Virus record (IMG/VR): IMGVR_UViG_3300049172_000080
Span: 1-64,000 of that record
Strand: one strand, 5' to 3'
Length of the DNA: 64,000 nt
Source: a virus
Of the stretch, positions 49,706 to 57,590 are shown piece after piece (positions within the stretch are counted from its first letter, which is position 1; each line of letters begins with the position of its first letter). The position numbers and the translations under genes are program-made. The notes below the pieces were generated by a model. The model did not search any database. It was not told where the DNA came from and saw only the letters and a program-made list of their open reading frames with translations.

Positions 49706-51514
49706 GTGCCTATCCCCGCAGGAGTCGAGACGGTCACCGTCACCGACGGCGGCGTGCCTCTCACCGGGCCCGACGGCACCCCGCTGGAGGGGTCCTTCAC
49801 CGTGGCCGGACCGGACCTCGCCACGGTCGCCGAGGACGACTATCTGTTCGGCGGGTCCGCGCGCCGGTGGGTGAGGGCCGGACGGTTCGACCCCCTGCCG
49901 CTCGTGGCCACGGACGCCACTGGCATAGATCCGACCGGATTCTCCTACACGATCGTTTTCACCCCGCAGTACGGCACGGCTTGGACCCGGTACTTCCAGT
50001 TGCCGAAGGCCTCACCGTCCGTCGTCCTGGCGGACATCCTCATCCCTGATCCGGTGGCCGGCTCGCACGCTGTGCTCGTGAATCCGTCCCAGGTCGTCAT
50101 CGGCCAGGACCAGGTGACTGGACTGCCGGAGGCGCTGGACGCACTGCTGCCCAGGGCCGGCGGCTCGATCACCGGGGACCTGAGCATCTCGGGACGGCTG
50201 AGCACGGCCGGGGTGCCCTTGCCGTTGATGGTGCCTGCCAGTCCTCGCCCGGCCTACCGAGAGGCTTCCTGGTCGCAGCAGTTCCAGTCGGGGCACGGTT
50301 GGACGGCCTCGGGCTCCGGCGTCGGGTCTAGCGAACCCAACGACACCACGACTTTCTGCAAGGGAACGCAGAGCTTCCGCGTGACGACGACCGGCACCGG
50401 CGCCGTGGCGAACATCCGCCGTCTGGGATCCGCGCTGCCGGACCTGACCGGAAAGGCCCTCCGGCTGACCTTCCGCGTCTCGAACACCACATACCTGAAC
50501 CAGATCAACGTTCAGGTCGGCAGCGGCACGTTGACGAACACGTTCTCGTGGCGGCTGCACACGCACTCCGCCACGGCGGAGAACCAGGTGCTCAGTGGTG
50601 AGTGGACGGTCATGACGCTGTCGTGGGCGGACGTCCGCTCGACGACCGGCACCTACTCCATCAGCGCGAACGGCGTCCCCTCCGTGACCTCCGGCTTCAC
50701 GGACCTCCTCTTCCAGGTGGTCGACAACAACACCGGCAACCCGGTCACGGCCCACCTCCAGGCCGTGGAGGTCATCCCGGACACCAAGGAGAAGTTCCCG
50801 AACGGCGTTGTCTCCGTCACCTTCGACGACTCCTACGCCAGCCAGTACACCCTCGCCCGGCCGAAGATGGACGCCCTGGGCTTCCGGGGCACCCTGTACA
50901 CGATCTGCGACGTCATCGGAACGTCGTCGTACCTGACGCTGCCCCAGCTCCAGTCCGTGCAGGGCGCCTCGGGGTGGGAAGTGGCGGGCCACGCCTATTC
51001 GGTGGCGAACCACAACGCGAAGTTCAACACCTTGACCTCGGCAGTGGTGGAGGACGACATCCGGCGCACCCGGGCGTGGATGCTCGCCAACGGCTTCCCG
51101 AGCGACAGCTTCGCCTACCCAGGTGGGTTCTTCGGCCGGACCAGCGATGGCGCGTCCATCGAGTCCCTCACCTGCCGCTACTTCTCCAGCGGGCGGGGCA
51201 TCAGCAGCGCCGACAACCTGGAGAGCTTCCCGCCCCCGACCCCGCTGCGCATGCGGTCCATCACGGGGATTGGCGCCCTTGCCGGGGCCTCGGCCCGAGG
51301 TCTCCCGGCGAACCTCACCGGCCCTGGAGGATCGCTCGACCGCTGCCAGCTCGACGGCAACTGGACCACCCTGACCTTCCACGAGATCGTCACCGGCTCG
51401 GTCACGACGACGAATCAGTGCAGCCAGACCGACTTCAACTCGATCATGGACGCCATCGCAGCGCGCGGCATCCGCGTCCTGCCGGTGGGCGACGTCCTCC
51501 GGCTCAACGCCTGA
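49706..51514 (+). CDS. fibre-like structural protein with a C-terminal CE4 (NodB) polysaccharide deacetylase domain
   Basis: GTG 49706 after AAGGGG; VSVTFDDSYASQY, GHAYSVANH, FAYPGGFFG, LTFHEI match the NodB motifs; the N-terminal 400 aa are Gly/Thr/Ser-rich and beta-like. Confidence 0.7.
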   Translation: MPIPAGVETVTVTDGGVPLTGPDGTPLEGSFTVAGPDLATVAEDDYLFGGSARRWVRAGRFDPLPLVATDATGIDPTGFSYTIVFTPQYGTAWTRYFQLPKASPSVVLADILIPDPVAGSHAVLVNPSQVVIGQDQVTGLPEALDALLPRAGGSITGDLSISGRLSTAGVPLPLMVPASPRPAYREASWSQQFQSGHGWTASGSGVGSSEPNDTTTFCKGTQSFRVTTTGTGAVANIRRLGSALPDLTGKALRLTFRVSNTTYLNQINVQVGSGTLTNTFSWRLHTHSATAENQVLSGEWTVMTLSWADVRSTTGTYSISANGVPSVTSGFTDLLFQVVDNNTGNPVTAHLQAVEVIPDTKEKFPNGVVSVTFDDSYASQYTLARPKMDALGFRGTLYTICDVIGTSSYLTLPQLQSVQGASGWEVAGHAYSVANHNAKFNTLTSAVVEDDIRRTRAWMLANGFPSDSFAYPGGFFGRTSDGASIESLTCRYFSSGRGISSADNLESFPPPTPLRMRSITGIGALAGASARGLPANLTGPGGSLDRCQLDGNWTTLTFHEIVTGSVTTTNQCSQTDFNSIMDAIAARGIRVLPVGDVLRLNA

Positions 51515-51526
51515 CAGGGAGGCGCC

Positions 51527-52306
51527 GTGGCTGAGATGGGTCCGTGTGAGGACTGGCCGGTCTACTGGACGTGCGACGTATCCACCTACTCACCCGAGCT
51601 GACCGAGTACGCGGTGGCGGCCGCCACGAGGGTGCTGTGGGCGCTGTCGGGGCGCCGGTTCGGACAGTGCGAAGTGACCTGGAGGCCGTGCGCGGAGGAC
51701 TGTGGGGACTGGGCATCCATCCCGCTGTGGGGCAGGGACTGGCGCGTCGGCTACTCGATGCCGCCGTGGGACTTCTACCGCCTCCCGTACTGCTCCGGGG
51801 GCTGCTCGTCCGGCGGATGCTCCTGCACGCACATCCCGACCATTCGCCTGTCCGACACGGTGAGCCGCGTCGTGGAGGTGAAGCTGGACGGCACGCCGAT
51901 GGTCACTGGCGCCTACCGGCTGGACGGCCGTGCCCTGATGCGCACCGACGGGCACACCTGGCCGCGCTGCAACAACCTCGCCCGGGACGACGACCAGCCG
52001 GGCACCTGGTCCGTGCGGGCAGTCGTCGGTGAACCGGTGCCGGACTCCGGGCGCCTGGCGATGGGCGAGCTGGCCTGCGAGATCGCCAAGGCCGGGACCG
52101 GGGCGGACTGTCGTCTCCCGCCGGGCGTGACGCAGCTCGTCCGCCAGGGCGTCACGATCCAGTACCCGGACATGGGCCAGTTGCTCAAGGACGGCAGGAC
52201 CGGCCTGTACCTGGTGGACATGTTCCTGGCGGCTGAGAACCCCGACGGCCTGAAGCAACGCGGCCGGGTGTACGACGTCGACCGGATGCTGAGGGGGCGA
52301 CCGTGA
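51527..52306 (+). CDS. head-to-tail connector/adaptor protein
   Basis: 259 aa, GTG after GGGAGG; position plus the Cys/Trp-rich N-terminus common in actinophage adaptors. Confidence 0.55.
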   Translation: MAEMGPCEDWPVYWTCDVSTYSPELTEYAVAAATRVLWALSGRRFGQCEVTWRPCAEDCGDWASIPLWGRDWRVGYSMPPWDFYRLPYCSGGCSSGGCSCTHIPTIRLSDTVSRVVEVKLDGTPMVTGAYRLDGRALMRTDGHTWPRCNNLARDDDQPGTWSVRAVVGEPVPDSGRLAMGELACEIAKAGTGADCRLPPGVTQLVRQGVTIQYPDMGQLLKDGRTGLYLVDMFLAAENPDGLKQRGRVYDVDRMLRGRP

Positions 52307-52803
52307 TCGAAGGGAAGGCGCGCTGGTACGTCGTCGGGCAGAACCTCGTAGCCGCCGTGCGGGCCGGGCTCACGTCCAAGCCGAAGCGGGCCGGGCAGGT
52401 CCCCGGGGACATCGCCTGGGACTCGTGCGACTGCGGCGGGATGCTCGCCGTGTCGCTGTCCCGGCTGTACCTCTCGGATAACTTCCCCGAGGAGTCCGAG
52501 ACGGTCACCGGAGCCTGCCAGCCTCCGTACGAGGTCGGACAGTTCACCGTGGCCGTGGTGCGCTGCGCCCCGAACCCCGACGGCACTGAGCAGGCCCCGC
52601 CCGCCGACGAGCTGGACACGGCCGCAGGACTACTGCTCCAGGACGCCACCGAGATGCTGGACGCGGTGGCCGCTGTGCTGTGCCGCCTGAAGAACGACGA
52701 CCAGGTGCTGGACTACCTGGTGACTCCGGTGGAACCGGTCGGACCTGAGGGCGGCTGCGTGGGCGTCAATCTGACCGTGCGCGTCTGCCTGGTGAGGAGC
52801 TGA
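52303..52803 (+). CDS. head-tail connector protein
   Basis: GTGA overlap; 166 aa; position. Confidence 0.5.
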   Translation: MIEGKARWYVVGQNLVAAVRAGLTSKPKRAGQVPGDIAWDSCDCGGMLAVSLSRLYLSDNFPEESETVTGACQPPYEVGQFTVAVVRCAPNPDGTEQAPPADELDTAAGLLLQDATEMLDAVAAVLCRLKNDDQVLDYLVTPVEPVGPEGGCVGVNLTVRVCLVRS

Positions 52804-52804
52804 C

Positions 52805-53170
52805 GTGCCGGCCGCACGTATCGAGATCCGGGCCGGCGGGGTCAACGAACTCCTCCTCGCCCCCGACTCGCCTGTGATGAAGGAACTCCTTCGTAAGGCC
52901 CGCCGGGTGCAGCGCAACGCCCGGCGCATGGCCCCGGGGAAGATGGGCCGCAAGGTGCGCGCCGTGGTCGTCGGGCGGCACGTGCGGGTGGAGTCCACCC
53001 ACGAGGCGACGATGTACGTCATCAAGGGCACCCGGCCGCACCAGATCCGCCCGCGCACCCGTCAGGTTCTCAAGTTCACCACCAAGCGTGGCGTCGTGTT
53101 CGCCCGCGTGGTCAACCACCCTGGCACGAAGAAGAACGACTTCCTGACCAAGGCCTTGAGGATGGGCTGA
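52805..53170 (+). CDS. HK97 gp10-like tail completion/neck protein
   Basis: 121 aa; GTG after GAGGAG; size, basic composition and ..THEATMYVIKGTRPHQIRP.. pattern. Confidence 0.5.
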   Translation: MPAARIEIRAGGVNELLLAPDSPVMKELLRKARRVQRNARRMAPGKMGRKVRAVVVGRHVRVESTHEATMYVIKGTRPHQIRPRTRQVLKFTTKRGVVFARVVNHPGTKKNDFLTKALRMG

Positions 53171-53173
53171 GCT

Positions 53174-53509
53174 ATGGATCCATGTGTCTTCTGCGAGATA
53201 GTCGCCGGTCAGGCCCCGGCCACTGTCATTCAGGAGTGGGACGATGCGCTCGCTATCGTGCCGCTCGGCCCGGTGGCCGACGGGCACACGCTCGTCATCC
53301 CCAAGCAGCACGTCGCCGACTTCGGTGAGAACCCGGACGTGTCTGGTGCCACGATGCGCCGGGCTGCCGAACTGGCTGCGGGCGGGCAACCGATGAACGT
53401 GATCACCTCCCGGGGACGCGAGGCCACACAGTCCGTGTTTCATCTCCACCTGCACCTGATACCACGCGCCAAGAACGACGGCTTGGCTCTGCCCTGGTAT
53501 AGCGGGTAA
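53174..53509 (+). CDS. HIT-family (histidine triad) nucleotide hydrolase/transferase
   Basis: CVFCEIVAG N-terminal motif and SVFHLHLHLIPR histidine triad; 111 aa. Confidence 0.85.
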   Translation: MDPCVFCEIVAGQAPATVIQEWDDALAIVPLGPVADGHTLVIPKQHVADFGENPDVSGATMRRAAELAAGGQPMNVITSRGREATQSVFHLHLHLIPRAKNDGLALPWYSG

Positions 53510-53526
53510 CACGCTCCGGAACGATC

Positions 53527-53988
53527 ATGGTGCGCTCTGGGCTTACCGTGCGCGCCATGACCGAGATCAGGGACTTCACGAAGGCGCGGAGGGACATCTC
53601 CTTCCGCGTGGACGACGACATGTTCCACGCCGCGCGCGGTGTCCCGGCTGACGTGCTGCTGGACTTCGCCACGGAGTTCTCCAGCATGGAGACGAGCGCG
53701 ACCATCGACCAGCAGCTCAAGGCCTTCCGCTCGATGCTGGAGGTCGTGCTGCTGCCGGAGTCGCTGAAGCGGTTCAACGAGCGGATGCGCGACCGCGAGA
53801 ACCCCATCGAGATCGACCAGGTAGAGGACATCGTCACCTGGCTTATGGAGCAGTACGGGCTCCGCCCTACCGAACCGTCCTCGGCCTCGCCCTCTGGGCC
53901 CTCCAGCCCGGGACCTGGCACTACCTCGACGGTCAGTACACCGGCCGAGGTGTCGATATCCGCCAGCTCCCCGTCGATCGCTTCCTGA
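53527..53988 (+). CDS. tail assembly chaperone (G-like)
   Basis: Immediately upstream of the tape measure; start uncertain (ATG 53527 or 53557). Confidence 0.65.
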   Translation: MVRSGLTVRAMTEIRDFTKARRDISFRVDDDMFHAARGVPADVLLDFATEFSSMETSATIDQQLKAFRSMLEVVLLPESLKRFNERMRDRENPIEIDQVEDIVTWLMEQYGLRPTEPSSASPSGPSSPGPGTTSTVSTPAEVSISASSPSIAS

Positions 53989-54212
53989 ACCTCGTCTACT
54001 ACGAGATGAGCCAGCGAGCGGAGCCGCGCGAAGGCGAACCGGAGAACGCCGCACAGCAGCGGCTGGACTCCGAGCTGGAGGTGCGCCTGTGGCGTACCCC
54101 AGGCCAGGCCGAGCCCAAGCCGGTGGAGCTGGAAGAGGGCGCGCCCTGGTGGTGGCACGGCGACGAGGACGCAAGTCAGCAGTTCCTCGCCGCACGAGGG
54201 GTGGTGCTGTAG
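53527..54212 (+). CDS. tail assembly chaperone GT-like product via a -1 frameshift
   Basis: The -1 frame from 53913 reads ..QPGTWHYLDGQYTGRGVDIRQLPVDRFLNLVYYEM.. and ends at 54212, directly abutting the tape measure start. Confidence 0.6.
53907..53913 (+). promoter_or_regulatory. candidate -1 programmed frameshift slippery heptamer CCCGGGA
   Basis: X XXY YYZ phased correctly in the G frame (AGC CCG GGA). Confidence 0.55.
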
Positions 54213-57200
54213 ATGGCCGTCGGCACGCTGATCGGAGTCGGGTTCGTCCGTATCGACGCCGACACATCTCCGGCCATGAAGGCGGTACAGGGGCTGGGGC
54301 GGATCGGCTCGCACGCCCTCGCCAGTGCCTTCACGCCGGTGACGGCAGCCGTGGCGGCCGGGGTCGGCGCCCTGACGGCCACCCTGGCCTCTGCCGGCGC
54401 GGCGGGCGGCGCGTTCGCGGCGGCCGTCGTCCCGCAGTTCCAGAAGATCACCGAGGCCAGTCAGAAGCTGAAGACTGCGGAGGACGCCGAGGAGAAGGCG
54501 ACCGTCGCCAAGGCGCATGCCCAGAAGCTGGCCCGGGAAATGGGTGTCAAGTACGGCCAGCAGATCCAGATTTCCTCCGGCATGTCGGAGGAGGCCAAGA
54601 CCAAGGCGCAGGAGTACAACAAGGCGTTGAGCGAGGTCACCACCTCCACCAACGCCGCGCGCAAGTCGCAGGCCATCTACGACGAGAAGATGAAGGCGAT
54701 GTCCCCGGCCACCCGGGACACAGCCAACGCGTACCAGAACCTCAAGGACGCCGTAGAGGACTGGTCCGACTCTTTGTCGTCGACCACGATGCCGATCTTC
54801 ACGACGGGTCTGAACAAGATCCGGGAAATGCTGCCGAAGCTGACCCCGTTCGTGAAGACCGGTGCCCAGGAAATCCGTGGGTTCCTGTCGTCGTTCGGGG
54901 AGGGCCAGGCCGGCCGGGTCTTCTCCGAGTTCGGTAAGAACCTCCAGGCGAACGCCGGTTCCGCGCTGGGCGGTCTGCTGACCTCCATCAAGAACATCAC
55001 CGTCGGCGTCGTCGGCATGATCAACGCTTTCATGCCGGTGCAGAAGGACATGTCCGGCGGCATGGTGGAGCTGACGCAGCGTTTCGCCGACTTCGGCGCG
55101 AACCTCGGCAAGAGCGAGGGGTTCGCGACGTTCATGGAGCAGGCGCGCGGGGCTATCCCGCCGATCAAGGAGTTTGTCTCAGCTCTCGGCGACGTCGCCT
55201 CCGCAGCAGGCCCCCTGGGCGGCATCGGACTGCTGGTGCTCCAGGTCTTTTCGCAGATCGTGGCTGCGACGCCCACACCGGTGCTGCGGTTGCTCATTCC
55301 GGCGATCCTCGCCGTCAACGCCGGGATGAAGCTGTACGCCATCTACCAGTCGGCCTCGGCTGCGGCTACGTGGGCCTTCAGCACGTCGGTCGTGGCGAGC
55401 AACGGGGCCGTGGCCAGCAGCCGTGCGGCTCTGCTCCTTTTCCGGATCCAGCAGGCCGCATACGCCGTGAGTACGGCCGCGTCCACCGCAGCCACGTGGC
55501 TGTTCACCACATCGGTCACCACGTCCAGCGGCGCGGTGTACGCCAGCCGGGCCGCGCTGATCGCACACCGGATCGTCACGCTGGCATCTGCCGCAGCCAC
55601 CGGGATAGCCACAGCGGCCACCTGGGCGTTCAGTGCCGCGATGGCCGTCGCCACCTCTCCCATTACGCTGGTGATCGCCGCGTTGGTCGCCCTCGGCGTG
55701 GGGCTCTTCCTGTTGTGGAAGAAGTCGGAGACTTTCCGCAACATCGTCAAGGGCGCCCTGAGCGGCGTGGCCAGCGCGGCAAAGGCCGTCGGAGCCTGGT
55801 TCGCCGGACCCTTCGTCAACTTCTTCACCGGGGCCTGGAACGGGCTGAACAACCGAGTGTTCCAGCCGATCGGCCGGTTCTTCACGCAGACCCTGCCCGG
55901 AGCCGCCGCGATCGTGCGGGACCGTGTCACCGGGGCGTGGAACAGCCTGCGCGACCGGGTGACCGTAGCCTACGCGGCGGTCCGTGACCGGGTGCTGGCG
56001 CCCATCGGCCGGTTCTTCACCCAGACCATCCCCGGCTGGGCGCTGACCGTGGCCAGCCGGGTGACCGGATCCTGGAACGGCCTGCGGGATCGGCTCGTCG
56101 GGGTCTACGGGTCCGTGCGCAACCGGGTGTTCTCGCCCATCGGCAACTTCTTCACCCGGACCATCCCCGGCTGGGCGAGTACCGTGCGCTCGCGTGTGAG
56201 CGGCGCCTGGTCCGGGCTGTTGGACCGGCTCGTCGGGGTCTACAACTCGATACGCAACCGGGTGTTCTCACCCATCGGGAACTTCTTCACCAAGACCATC
56301 CCGAACTGGGCGAAGACCTTGCGCGACCGCGTGAAGAGCTACTTCTCCGCAATGCGTGACGGCATCGGCACCATCTGGAACGGCATCAAGTCCAAGACCA
56401 AGGCGCCCATCAACTGGGTGCTGGACAAGGTGTGGAACAAGGGGATCTACAAAATCTGGGGGAAGATCGCCGGCTGGGTCGGGCTGGAGAACAGCCTGAA
56501 AGAGATCAAACTGCTGGCGGCCGGCGGCACGGTCGGTCGGGCCACCCCGGGTGTCTTCAACAAGCCAACCGCGATCGTCGGCGAGGGCAACCCGAGGTAT
56601 CCGGAATTCGTGATCCCCACCGACCCCAAGTACGCCACGCGGGCACGGGGCCTGTGGGAGGCGGCCGGGGCGCACTTCTACGCGGACGGCGGCATCCTCG
56701 GCTCCATCAAGGGCGCCGTCGGCTCCGTGCTCGATACAGGCAAGAACCTGAGCAAGACGGCCCTGAGCTTCCTGTCCGACCCGGTCGACAAGGCCAAGGA
56801 CATGCTGATGGGCCCGCTGAAGAACATGACGCGGGCCATCGGCTCCAGCTCATGGGCGAAGATGGCCGCCCGGCTGCCGCGCATGGCCGTGGACGGCCTG
56901 CTCAAGGCCGTGACGTCCGTGGGCTCCGACCTGCTCGGCATCGGCGGATCCGGCGGCCCGGTGGACATCGGCGGCTCAGGTGTGAAGCGCTGGACCGGCG
57001 TCGTGCGCCAGGCCCTCGGCCTCGTCGGCCAGCCGCTGTCCCTGACGAACACGACGCTGCGCCGCATGAACCAGGAGTCCGGCGGCAACCCCAGGGCCGT
57101 CAACCTCTGGGACATCAACGCCAAGCGCGGCTATCCGTCGGTCGGTCTCATGCAGGTCATCCGGCCTACCTTCCAGTCCCACGCCGGCCGGTTCCGCAAG

Positions 57201-57590
57201 ACGGGGCCGTTCATGTACGGCACGTCCATCAACCCGCTGGCCAACGTCTACGCGAGCATGCGTTACGCGTTGTCGGCGTACGGCAGCCTGTCCCGCGCCT
57301 ACAACCGGCCCGGCGGGTACGCGGGCGGCACCGATGGTGCGACCAATGGATGGCATTGGGTCGGGGAGATGGGGCCGGAGCTGCTGAAGCTGCCCGCCGG
57401 TGCCCGGGTGCGCAGCCACCGCGCGTCGGTACGCCAGGCCGTCACCGCGTCCCCGTCCGTGATCCACCTGACCGTGGAGAACCACGGCGTGATCGGCAGC
57501 CGGCAGGAGACGCTGGACTGGCTGACCCACGCACTGGACCAACTCGACCGCCTCAACCGGCTGCCCCGTGCGGCGAGGAGGGCCGGATAG
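54213..57590 (+). CDS. tape measure protein with a C-terminal lytic transglycosylase (SLT) domain
   Basis: 1125 aa; helical/TM-rich; internal repeats; MNQESGGNPRAVN..GLMQVIRPTF SLT motifs. Confidence 0.9.
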   Translation: MAVGTLIGVGFVRIDADTSPAMKAVQGLGRIGSHALASAFTPVTAAVAAGVGALTATLASAGAAGGAFAAAVVPQFQKITEASQKLKTAEDAEEKATVAKAHAQKLAREMGVKYGQQIQISSGMSEEAKTKAQEYNKALSEVTTSTNAARKSQAIYDEKMKAMSPATRDTANAYQNLKDAVEDWSDSLSSTTMPIFTTGLNKIREMLPKLTPFVKTGAQEIRGFLSSFGEGQAGRVFSEFGKNLQANAGSALGGLLTSIKNITVGVVGMINAFMPVQKDMSGGMVELTQRFADFGANLGKSEGFATFMEQARGAIPPIKEFVSALGDVASAAGPLGGIGLLVLQVFSQIVAATPTPVLRLLIPAILAVNAGMKLYAIYQSASAAATWAFSTSVVASNGAVASSRAALLLFRIQQAAYAVSTAASTAATWLFTTSVTTSSGAVYASRAALIAHRIVTLASAAATGIATAATWAFSAAMAVATSPITLVIAALVALGVGLFLLWKKSETFRNIVKGALSGVASAAKAVGAWFAGPFVNFFTGAWNGLNNRVFQPIGRFFTQTLPGAAAIVRDRVTGAWNSLRDRVTVAYAAVRDRVLAPIGRFFTQTIPGWALTVASRVTGSWNGLRDRLVGVYGSVRNRVFSPIGNFFTRTIPGWASTVRSRVSGAWSGLLDRLVGVYNSIRNRVFSPIGNFFTKTIPNWAKTLRDRVKSYFSAMRDGIGTIWNGIKSKTKAPINWVLDKVWNKGIYKIWGKIAGWVGLENSLKEIKLLAAGGTVGRATPGVFNKPTAIVGEGNPRYPEFVIPTDPKYATRARGLWEAAGAHFYADGGILGSIKGAVGSVLDTGKNLSKTALSFLSDPVDKAKDMLMGPLKNMTRAIGSSSWAKMAARLPRMAVDGLLKAVTSVGSDLLGIGGSGGPVDIGGSGVKRWTGVVRQALGLVGQPLSLTNTTLRRMNQESGGNPRAVNLWDINAKRGYPSVGLMQVIRPTFQSHAGRFRKTGPFMYGTSINPLANVYASMRYALSAYGSLSRAYNRPGGYAGGTDGATNGWHWVGEMGPELLKLPAGARVRSHRASVRQAVTASPSVIHLTVENHGVIGSRQETLDWLTHALDQLDRLNRLPRAARRAG
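55857..56396 (+). repeat. 135-bp (45-aa) tandem repeats, about 4 copies, within the tape measure
   Basis: Units start at 55857, 55992, 56127, 56262 (RV[FL]xPIGxFFTxTIPGWAxTVxSRVxGxWxGLxDRLVGVY). Confidence 0.8.

Noticed and set aside
55857-56396. Tandem repeats as a possible CRISPR array
   Set aside because: The 135-bp units are contiguous with no spacers. They are in frame and encode a repeating peptide inside the tape measure gene. No CRISPR-like repeat-spacer structure was seen anywhere in the window.
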